Source: an uncultured Chitinophaga sp.
Lineage (GTDB): Bacteria; Bacteroidota; Bacteroidia; Bacteroidales; GCA-2748055
Reading direction: 5' to 3'
NCBI GenBank assembly: GCA_964349045.1
Contig: CAYGFI010000001.1
Location: forward strand, 17,213 to 81,212
DNA length: 64,000 nucleotides
The notes beneath the pieces were generated by a model. That model worked only from the letters and a program-made list of their open reading frames with translations. It was not told where the DNA came from and did not search any database. The position numbers were made by a program, and so were the translations under genes. This document shows, in pieces, positions 28,201 to 36,144 of the stretch (position 1 is the first letter of the stretch; the number at the start of each line of letters is the position of its first letter).

Positions 28201-30174
28201 TCAGTTGGATGCCCGGTATAATCCAACAACTTCGGTGGTCATCAGAAACCGGTCATAAATTCTAAGATTTGTCATCTGCTTATTTGCCAGTTGCCAAGTT
28301 GAAGCGCCGTTTGCATCGCCAAAATCATGACTGAACCAGACTGTACCACGTTCCTTTGTTTTCCCGCCGTCCTGAAATTCCCCATTGATGACTATACTGA
28401 CCAGTTTGGGGTAGCCGTCAACGATAATGGAAATATCATGAGTTTTGGAAGGGTTGAGAATATTTTCGTTACTGGTCAGGGTGACTGTTTCTTTTCCATC
28501 GCTCATCGTGAACACCAGGGTATGATCCGCTGTAAGCTCTGCTTTCACTCCTTTTTTGTTGTGGAATGCATCGATGAGAACGATGGTCCCTGTTGTTTTC
28601 CCTTTGGCGGCTTCTGGTTGAGGTAACAGACGAAAACAGATTGAAAATCCTCCATTTTCACCTGGTGAAGGCAGAATGGGTGCAGGAATTTTTGATTTGG
28701 GTTTTGCAAGATGTATTAGCAGACCGGTTTCCGGAACGCCGGAGATTTTGAACTGCTGGCTCAGGAGGTCAAAAAATGGTTCGGGGACAGGAAACGTCTT
28801 TACGTATTCCTTATCACTGATACGTCCGATAATACCATCGGGTCCTGCACCAAATTCGGGAGTGTTCAGTCTTTCATGGGAATGATTATCGTAGCCGAGT
28901 TGATCTTTCCGGTAATGAACCAATTCCGGTTCAGAAAAGTAGAACTGATTGTTCCGCGTTTCCATATAAGCAATATAAACGAGATCACGGCCGGAGAAAT
29001 CATCAAATCCCTGAACACTATTATTATAGTAAACGAAAAATTTACGACCCTTGGGGTCGGAGGGGAATCCGTATGGTCCCTGGGGGCTTTTAACAGGCCT
29101 GCCGTCAGGGGAATAGCGCAATATGTCTGTTTTCCAGGTCTGTCCCTGGTCATTGCTTCGTGCCAGTCCGATGAATCCATAAACTGTCCGGTGGTGAAAA
29201 CACCAGTGGTCATCTTCCATGATTAGCGGAGAAAAACCACCGGCAGATGAATATTCAAGGTGGGTAATACCACGTTTATCATTTGGAAGCAATTCAATTT
29301 CGAGGGTTTCTAGGCGATCATTGTTTGCGTAATTTTTAAAAAGCAGAAAAAATGCTTCGCCGTTGCCGCAACGAGGGATAGGCCCGTGTTTGGTAATCCA
29401 CGTAAGCCCGTCGTCGCCCATCATTCGGTGCGGTATGGGATAACTCCAGCTTACGAAGTATTTTCCTTTAAAAAGTGTTGAACGATCAATATCGGCTACG
29501 GGTACTGGCAGCTCATATCGTTCGGAGAATTCTCCTTCCTTACTGACATATCTGAACATCACTTTACCTACCAGATGCGGGTAACAGCGGAACGGTTCCC
29601 CTTCATGCCAGCCAAGGAATGTGGCTATATCAAGAAAATCAGTAGGCTCTTTGCTGTAGTGCATATCCTCGTCAGGTCCCCGGAAGTACATAAAATAAAC
29701 CTGGTCGGTAGTAGGATGACGGAAGAACGACCCATAGGTGGTGAGTGGAGGGCCTTCCGGTTCAAGTTCGAACCAGTCACTCCAGGTTTGGCCTCCGTCA
29801 GTTGAACGTCTGATGATAATATGCTGGCTGGGATGGCCTTCGCGACTTCTGGCCACTGTCAGGGTTCGTAAATGCACTTTGTCAGTAACTTTGTAAGTCG
29901 AAAATCCTTCCATATAACCGTATCCTTCCGGTAGGGTTCCTCCGGTCAAGCCCACAACTGGGTCACCATTTTCAAAAGCCCGCCAGTCGTCCATGCCAAA
30001 CGAAGGAGGAAACACATATGGATTCCGGGGTATCTCCTCATCTGAAATATTTTTAAGGGCGCTGTCAGATGTTACATTTAACCAACCTGCTGAATTGCGG
30101 GAAGGATCATTAAAATTTCCTGCCGATAAAGCAACTCCTGAAATGAGCAAAAGGGATAGGATATTTGTATTCAT
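28201..30174 (-). CDS. BNR/Asp-box beta-propeller plus C-terminal LamG-like domain protein (sialidase/trans-sialidase-like architecture)
   Basis: Start taken at the ATG giving MNTNILSLLLISGVALSA, because the upstream GTG lies inside the IS terminal repeat. Asp-boxes are STDGGQTWS and SNDQGQTWK. The C-terminal ...LVSIVINGEFQDGG...LRIYDRFLMTTEVVGLYRA is a LamG_3-like ending. Paralog of 61028-62899. Confidence 0.7.
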   Translation of the reverse strand: MNTNILSLLLISGVALSAGNFNDPSRNSAGWLNVTSDSALKNISDEEIPRNPYVFPPSFGMDDWRAFENGDPVVGLTGGTLPEGYGYMEGFSTYKVTDKVHLRTLTVARSREGHPSQHIIIRRSTDGGQTWSDWFELEPEGPPLTTYGSFFRHPTTDQVYFMYFRGPDEDMHYSKEPTDFLDIATFLGWHEGEPFRCYPHLVGKVMFRYVSKEGEFSERYELPVPVADIDRSTLFKGKYFVSWSYPIPHRMMGDDGLTWITKHGPIPRCGNGEAFFLLFKNYANNDRLETLEIELLPNDKRGITHLEYSSAGGFSPLIMEDDHWCFHHRTVYGFIGLARSNDQGQTWKTDILRYSPDGRPVKSPQGPYGFPSDPKGRKFFVYYNNSVQGFDDFSGRDLVYIAYMETRNNQFYFSEPELVHYRKDQLGYDNHSHERLNTPEFGAGPDGIIGRISDKEYVKTFPVPEPFFDLLSQQFKISGVPETGLLIHLAKPKSKIPAPILPSPGENGGFSICFRLLPQPEAAKGKTTGTIVLIDAFHNKKGVKAELTADHTLVFTMSDGKETVTLTSNENILNPSKTHDISIIVDGYPKLVSIVINGEFQDGGKTKERGTVWFSHDFGDANGASTWQLANKQMTNLRIYDRFLMTTEVVGLYRASN

Positions 30175-30176
30175 AA

Positions 30177-31493
30177 TCACTAGTGTCCGATTAAATCCAG
30201 CTGATTTTCAGCTGTTTATTATATAGTTCTTTGACGTCTTTGTAATTCTGATTTGTAAGTAATTCATTTATAGGCGTTTTGTCAAGTAGAGATATGCTTA
30301 ATATTTGTAATATTTCGTAGGTTGAGCGGTCAACTTTCAATTTGTTACGAACTAATGCAACCAGACAGTATGCAATTATTGCAGAGTAAACCTGTATTTT
30401 GACTGCATTCAGACTCGTTCCCCAAAATGATTTAATTTTTAAATGCTGTTTTATCCATTTGAAAAATAGTTCAACTTTCCATCGGTATTTATAAAGTTGT
30501 GCTATTTCTTCTGATGCTAAACCAAAGTTGTTGGATAAAAAATCAAGTTCGTTATTCGTTTCTTCGTCGTAAAATTTAACCCGACGAAGCTTTTGCGGAT
30601 ACTTTTTGGAGACATAAAATCCAGTCAATGTTCCGATTTGGTCGAGCAAAACGCCATTCTTCTTATTTACTTTATTTGAATATACTCTTTGGAACTGAAG
30701 ATTACCTTTCGCTCTTATTACGAAGAAGGCCGAGCATTGATTTATTTTAAAAAGTCTTGCATAATCAACATATCCACGATCGAAAATGTAATAACTTCCT
30801 GGTTCATAATACAATAAATCCATAGCATTCATGTCATTCATTGATGCTGCAGAAACATGAATAAAATTAGGAATGGAAGTCTTTACATCATACAAGGTAT
30901 GCAACTTGATTCCTCCCTTAGTTTTACGGAATTCAGCCCACCAGAAAATATTCAAACAAAGATCAATGGTTGTTGAATAAAATGCATAAATATTACCATT
31001 TATATTCAACTGAAAGTCTTGATCAACTATTGAGGATTGTCTTGCTTGATCGATGAGATAGTATGCAAAATCTTCAAAAATTCTACAGTCTCTTTTCTCA
31101 TTTGAGTTTGCAAAGTTTGATCTTGAGGTTCCCTTACCAAATCCAAGGTGATAATACTTGGGTTCATGAGGCTCAATACTAATCATTAGATCTCGTAAGC
31201 TATCTCTACCGGTCAGTTGGCCAAATATCATACAGAGCAATTGGTTCCAGCAGGAAAAGTGTCTAACATGCTTATTACCATTGTATTTATCAACCAACCC
31301 ATCGAAAATACGTTTTGGAAGAAAATCTGTAAGTTGTGAACAGACAAATTTACCTTTATTCATGGGTTCCAGCTTTTCACAAAGCTAAAAACCAACTTTT
31401 CAATTCAAATCGACACGCAACAAAAATGCTCTACATGTCAGAAATATCAAAGGTTTCAAAGAACGTTATATAAATTTAATCGGACACTTGTGA
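30177..31493 (-). mobile_element. IS4-family insertion sequence, about 1.3 kb, with 20-bp terminal inverted repeats
   Basis: Left end 30177-30196 is tcactagtgtccgattaaat. The reverse complement of 31474-31493 is tcacaagtgtccgattaaat (19/20 match). A single transposase ORF lies inside. I could not find a direct target-site duplication in the flanks (..ttcataa versus ctcaact..). Confidence 0.8.
30191..31363 (-). CDS. IS4-family DDE transposase (DUF4372-type N-terminus)
   Basis: 390 aa. The N-terminal CSQLTDFLPKRIFDGLVDKYNGNKHVRHFSCWNQLLCMIFGQLTGRDSLRDL is typical of DUF4372-containing IS4 transposases of Bacteroidota. The central FDRGYVDY and C-terminal YKYRWKVELFFKWIKQHLKIKSFWG are DDE_Tnp_1-like. 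Confidence 0.88.
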   Translation of the reverse strand: MNKGKFVCSQLTDFLPKRIFDGLVDKYNGNKHVRHFSCWNQLLCMIFGQLTGRDSLRDLMISIEPHEPKYYHLGFGKGTSRSNFANSNEKRDCRIFEDFAYYLIDQARQSSIVDQDFQLNINGNIYAFYSTTIDLCLNIFWWAEFRKTKGGIKLHTLYDVKTSIPNFIHVSAASMNDMNAMDLLYYEPGSYYIFDRGYVDYARLFKINQCSAFFVIRAKGNLQFQRVYSNKVNKKNGVLLDQIGTLTGFYVSKKYPQKLRRVKFYDEETNNELDFLSNNFGLASEEIAQLYKYRWKVELFFKWIKQHLKIKSFWGTSLNAVKIQVYSAIIAYCLVALVRNKLKVDRSTYEILQILSISLLDKTPINELLTNQNYKDVKELYNKQLKISWI

Positions 31494-31500
31494 CTCAACT

Positions 31501-34500
31501 TTATTGTTTAACAATCTTTTGTCTGACGGAATAGTTGTTTGTTCTTATCATTAAAAAGTATATCCCCTCAGACAGATTGCTTGTTTTTATATTTATGATT
31601 GAAGAATTTTCATATTTCTCAGATACATTCTCTCCCATCATATTCATCAGCTTTATATATGCACCTGTTTCGCCCGGGTTTAATTGGATCGTAAGCTCAG
31701 TGCTTACAGGATTTGGATAAATTCTGAATAAGTTTACATCAACATCTTTCAATATCGTTCCTATTTCTACAGTGATGGTATAGTTAGTTGTGGAGACTCC
31801 GTCCTGTGCGGTCACAATGATGTCTATGCTTGTGTTACCAGATAAAGGTATAAGCCCGTCCCCACTTACCGTCGATAAGGGATCGGTTTTAGTCGCAGTA
31901 AGAGTTATGCTTGTTGTACCATAAGGAAGTGAAAGGCTGTAATCAAGCCCATCAGTAGAAAATTCCGGAGCAAATATACCCGTGTTAACACTTAATCCAT
32001 CCAGGCTGGATATATCAGGAAGAATAAACACAACATCGATGGAATAAGTTGTTGTGGAAGTTCCATCTTCAGAAGTTACTACAATGTTTAAGGTTGTATC
32101 TTTTGCAAAAGCAAAGTTTCCTTCACCAGTAACTGTTGATAGCATATCGGTTTTAGTTGCTGTAACAGTCAAACTAGTTGTATTATAAGGGATTTCAAGG
32201 GCGTAATTCAGCACATTCGACGAGAACGAAGGAGCAAGTGTTCCAATGTCAGCGCTTAATCCATCGAGGCTGGAAACGCCTTCAGGTTTTTCAAGTCCCC
32301 ATTCAGAAAAGAGATATTCTTCAATCCTGATCCGGTCTGCACTGCTCATTTTGCCCCTGTACATGATGATCTCAGCAATATCACCTGAAAGCTCACCTGT
32401 TGCAGATGCACCAGTTTTCCCCAGGTAACTTTGAACCCAGTATTCAAAGAAATTGGTTGCTCCTGGTAAGCTTGTGGAATCTCTTAAAATTTCGTTTTCA
32501 AAATATTTGATTTGTCCGGTATTTCGTAAGTAGGTCCTTACTTTGAAATCATTCCCGGGTTTTCCAATTGAGGCTGAATTAGACCACTTCAACTGGTTCT
32601 GGTTTTCACCAATGCTCAAAGTTCCATTAACCCCGGAGTTTCCTTTGCAGAACACTGCCTGGTTTCCAGAACTTTTATGAACTGTAAAAATGGTAAAGTC
32701 TTCCGTTTCGAAAAGGGCGAGAGAACCTGATATCTCGAGGCTTTTGTGACTTGTGGACATCCACTGTTCACCTTCAAAATGGACTGTTGGATTTCCGTTT
32801 AATCCGGTCTGGTTGACAGATGGTTTCAAATCCTCATCAAACTGGTAAAAAGAGAATCTGTTCGGAGTACGATCTAACCAGGCTGAAACCTTTTCCCCTG
32901 TTAAATCTTTTGCCGTTAACCACAAATGGATTCCGGGAATATCGGATGGAAAGAAATCCTGTTTAGCGGGTTTCGTGGGATAATCAATCCAGACAGCGCC
33001 ATTGTTAAGCCACACTGACTTCCTGGTTCCAACCTGCGACATATCGATTTCAACAAATCCAATTGCTGCAGCAGGTGATTCACCTTTGAACCTGAAATCA
33101 CCATTTAACGGATCGACAAAACCCGGATCAGCAACAACTGAGTTTGCGTCATCTCCTGAAGTTGCTTTCCACTGTGTAAAGCTCTGGTCTTCGTTCATTT
33201 CCTGGTCGGGAAGAGAATAATCCCAGAAAAGATTCTGGTCACCCGTGTACTGTAACTGGATATTCGGGCCGGTATCGGGACCGTTATAAAAGCTTCTTGC
33301 CCCGTTCTGTAAAACAATATTATGATTAAACTCTGTTGGTTTAATACCCAATCCCAGTGCATCTTCAGAAGTCGGAAGGCTGCTTTCATGACTGTAAAAT
33401 GCCGAACGCGTCCCAAAAGCAATAATGTTGTTTTCAATGAGGTTATAATGACTTTTTTCTTCAAATACATCCTCGTTTGAATTATAAAGAATATTATTCC
33501 GTATTGTAAAATGGGCCGTGTTATCGTCAAGGTAAATGACATCTCCATTGTAATCACGTCCCTCGATATTATAAATCAGGTTATTTTCAATAAAGGAGTA
33601 AGGCTGGTATCCGGAGGTATAAATGGCTCCCATATCGCTTAACACACCATGTCCGAGGTCATGGATCTTGTTTTGCCTTATAACATTCTTATACCCGTAT
33701 GAATAAACAGTGCTCGGGTTAGCATTGCAGGTGATTGCATTAAAGAATCCTTCCCTGATATAATTGTGTTCAATTACCATGTGTACTGTGTTAACATGCC
33801 GCATGGCTACCTCCCCGAAATAAAAGCGACCGTATCCCATGATATCATTGTCATGAAGATGATGATAACCTGTCTTTTTATAATAATTAGTAGCAGTTGT
33901 TATACCATATACTCCTGTGGCCCCGGATCCGAGATCCCTGAAAATATTGGATGATATTTCACCTCCCATGGTACCGCTTTCGAACTCGATGCAGACATCC
34001 CCCACGTGACCGAAATAACATGCCTTAACAACAGGAACCCTTGCATCTTCAAAGGAAAGGGCACCTTCTCCATAGGTATTGTTGTTACCGGTTCCGATAT
34101 GTGCAGCGATCACAGATTCAGTATGCATGAACCCGATTTTTTCAAAGGATACATCCCAGATAAATTTATTGCTGCTCCCGCTTCCATAAATTCGGAAAAG
34201 GTTCAGAAGTTTGGGTGCAATTACCTCCGTATTTTCTTTTGACTCGCCGGGATTTGGAATATAATAGAGCTTTCCCGAGGGATGGTCGAGATACCATTCG
34301 CCCGGTTCGCTCAAGGTCTCAAACACATGATCCCAGAAATATGCTGAAAGTCCGGCGCCATGAATGGCATGACTTCCAACCATTTCATGACTTGTTACAT
34401 AATTCAAAGTAATAATACTGTTGGCAACATCAATACTTTTAACCGGCATTCGTTCGTCAAGCCATCGATGTGTGTGAACCATCTCGACATCTGCAAGATT

Positions 34501-36108
34501 TTTCCAGTTTTGAAAGTCTTTTGATCTTACCTTTACCCGGTCAGTATTGTTACTGATAACACCGGTGGTTGTCGGCAGGATTTCGGTTATCCGGAAAGTT
34601 CCCGTCTTTGGGAACCGGGATCTCATGGCTCTTTTCCCGTTCACGAACAATTGTTTGAAATACCAGCTTCCGGAAGCAACCTCCGGAATGTTTGTGACCC
34701 AGGCGGTTTTGCCGTTCACTGTAGTATCTCTCCAGCCGGTTATCTGTCGTCCGCCGCTCACGACCGGCATTTTGTCCACTGGCAGATCCATCCACAATGG
34801 ATCATCGATATTGTTTTCAAATCCTGCCTTGATCTCTGTAGCTGCATCTCCAGTCCAGTCGCCGATAAAATGAACATTTCCACCTACCGAATTATCTACA
34901 GTTATGCGGGAGTCGAGAAAATGCCATCCCGGTAACAGATGTATTTCAACCCTGTTTTCCAGGTTTGAAAGGTTTCCAAGAATAATTTCCCTGTAATTAT
35001 CGGGAGTGCCAAGTATGGGATTTGTGGTTGGTGCAGGAAATGAAGGTAACTGTATCTGATCCGGCCTGTTAAGGACTTTAACCTTATTCACCGCTGCCTG
35101 TATAGTTTTTAGAGGCTCTCCCGGAATTTCTCCTGAATTTGAGTCCAGTCCCGTTGGTGAGACATAGAATCGGATGGTATCCCGGGCGCTGAATAATGTA
35201 CCGGAACCTTTAACACTGAATGAGAATAAACTGTCAATATCGTCTGTGCCGGTAATTTGTATGACTGAAGTTCTTTGAAGAGTCTCAACCGGAGAAAACG
35301 TAATTCGTAAGGTATCTGTTCCGTCTGGTGCGATACTTAAGCTTGTATCAGATAATGTAAACCATTCATCTGAACTTTCAATCCTGAAAAGATGACTGCT
35401 TGTATTATCTTTGTTTTCAAGCACAAAATCTTTTACCAGGTTCTGGTTAATTTCAATTGAACCGTAATCAACCATAGAGGATCCTGAGTTAAGACTCTTT
35501 CCTTCATATCTGACATTAAGCCATGGAACACCGCCCAGGTCAATAGAATGTTGACCTAAATTATCGTAAGAAACAGTGCTGACAATCCATTGTGAGTCAT
35601 CGGCATTTGTTCCTCTTGAGTGAGCCCAGATCGTATCACCTTTGGATACTGAAGGCTTACGGATAAGAGTATGCAACTCAAGTGCACTTGTGACACCTGC
35701 AACTTCTGCATTTCGCGGATCCCCGTTAATTGCGTCAATAACCTGTCCTTCTTTTAACAACTGTATCAGGGCGGAGTTGCTTAAATACCAGATACTCCCT
35801 GAAGCGGGCCATGATGTATCAGCCTTGGCAAGAACCTCCTGGTCAGGAGGATTTGAGGGTTCGTTCCTGCATCCAACCCAAGTGGAGTAAGGTAAAATTA
35901 CACCGCCGGGAAAATCAAAACGATAAGCTCCGTTCCGTATAATTGAATAAGTTTCCAATTCGACTGTATCGGCGGTGGGATTATAGATCTCAAGTGCATT
36001 GGTATATCCGTTTGCAATATATTCTGAAAAGAAAAGAGTTCTGTCCTGGCTTTTTGCCGAAGCGAGAAATAATATGGGTAGCAGCAGTTGAAAAACCAGT
36101 TTCTTCAT
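31501..36108 (-). CDS. 1535-aa multidomain T9SS-secreted protein: lamin-tail-like domain, beta-sandwich, beta-helix, LamG-like, 2x cadherin-like, Por C-terminal sorting domain
   Basis: Signal peptide. FFSEYIANGYTNALEIYNPTADTVEL is LTD-like. The beta-helix region has LFVNGKRAMRSRFPKTG and repeated NN/HN turns, plus DPGFVDPLNGDFRF. A LamG_3-like segment ends in IAEIIMYRGKMSSADRIRIEEYL. There are two repeats of LDGLS...AP.FS...L.Y.L..PY.TTS.T.TATKTD.LSTV.G (cadherin-like beta-sandwich). The C-terminus FRIYPNPVSTELTIQL...GIYFLMIRTNNYSVRQKIVKQ matches the T9SS CTD pattern. Confidence 0.8.
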   Translation of the reverse strand: MKKLVFQLLLPILFLASAKSQDRTLFFSEYIANGYTNALEIYNPTADTVELETYSIIRNGAYRFDFPGGVILPYSTWVGCRNEPSNPPDQEVLAKADTSWPASGSIWYLSNSALIQLLKEGQVIDAINGDPRNAEVAGVTSALELHTLIRKPSVSKGDTIWAHSRGTNADDSQWIVSTVSYDNLGQHSIDLGGVPWLNVRYEGKSLNSGSSMVDYGSIEINQNLVKDFVLENKDNTSSHLFRIESSDEWFTLSDTSLSIAPDGTDTLRITFSPVETLQRTSVIQITGTDDIDSLFSFSVKGSGTLFSARDTIRFYVSPTGLDSNSGEIPGEPLKTIQAAVNKVKVLNRPDQIQLPSFPAPTTNPILGTPDNYREIILGNLSNLENRVEIHLLPGWHFLDSRITVDNSVGGNVHFIGDWTGDAATEIKAGFENNIDDPLWMDLPVDKMPVVSGGRQITGWRDTTVNGKTAWVTNIPEVASGSWYFKQLFVNGKRAMRSRFPKTGTFRITEILPTTTGVISNNTDRVKVRSKDFQNWKNLADVEMVHTHRWLDERMPVKSIDVANSIITLNYVTSHEMVGSHAIHGAGLSAYFWDHVFETLSEPGEWYLDHPSGKLYYIPNPGESKENTEVIAPKLLNLFRIYGSGSSNKFIWDVSFEKIGFMHTESVIAAHIGTGNNNTYGEGALSFEDARVPVVKACYFGHVGDVCIEFESGTMGGEISSNIFRDLGSGATGVYGITTATNYYKKTGYHHLHDNDIMGYGRFYFGEVAMRHVNTVHMVIEHNYIREGFFNAITCNANPSTVYSYGYKNVIRQNKIHDLGHGVLSDMGAIYTSGYQPYSFIENNLIYNIEGRDYNGDVIYLDDNTAHFTIRNNILYNSNEDVFEEKSHYNLIENNIIAFGTRSAFYSHESSLPTSEDALGLGIKPTEFNHNIVLQNGARSFYNGPDTGPNIQLQYTGDQNLFWDYSLPDQEMNEDQSFTQWKATSGDDANSVVADPGFVDPLNGDFRFKGESPAAAIGFVEIDMSQVGTRKSVWLNNGAVWIDYPTKPAKQDFFPSDIPGIHLWLTAKDLTGEKVSAWLDRTPNRFSFYQFDEDLKPSVNQTGLNGNPTVHFEGEQWMSTSHKSLEISGSLALFETEDFTIFTVHKSSGNQAVFCKGNSGVNGTLSIGENQNQLKWSNSASIGKPGNDFKVRTYLRNTGQIKYFENEILRDSTSLPGATNFFEYWVQSYLGKTGASATGELSGDIAEIIMYRGKMSSADRIRIEEYLFSEWGLEKPEGVSSLDGLSADIGTLAPSFSSNVLNYALEIPYNTTSLTVTATKTDMLSTVTGEGNFAFAKDTTLNIVVTSEDGTSTTTYSIDVVFILPDISSLDGLSVNTGIFAPEFSTDGLDYSLSLPYGTTSITLTATKTDPLSTVSGDGLIPLSGNTSIDIIVTAQDGVSTTNYTITVEIGTILKDVDVNLFRIYPNPVSTELTIQLNPGETGAYIKLMNMMGENVSEKYENSSIINIKTSNLSEGIYFLMIRTNNYSVRQKIVKQ

Positions 36109-36144
36109 AATGGATATATTTAATACGTTGAGATATCTGTAAAA

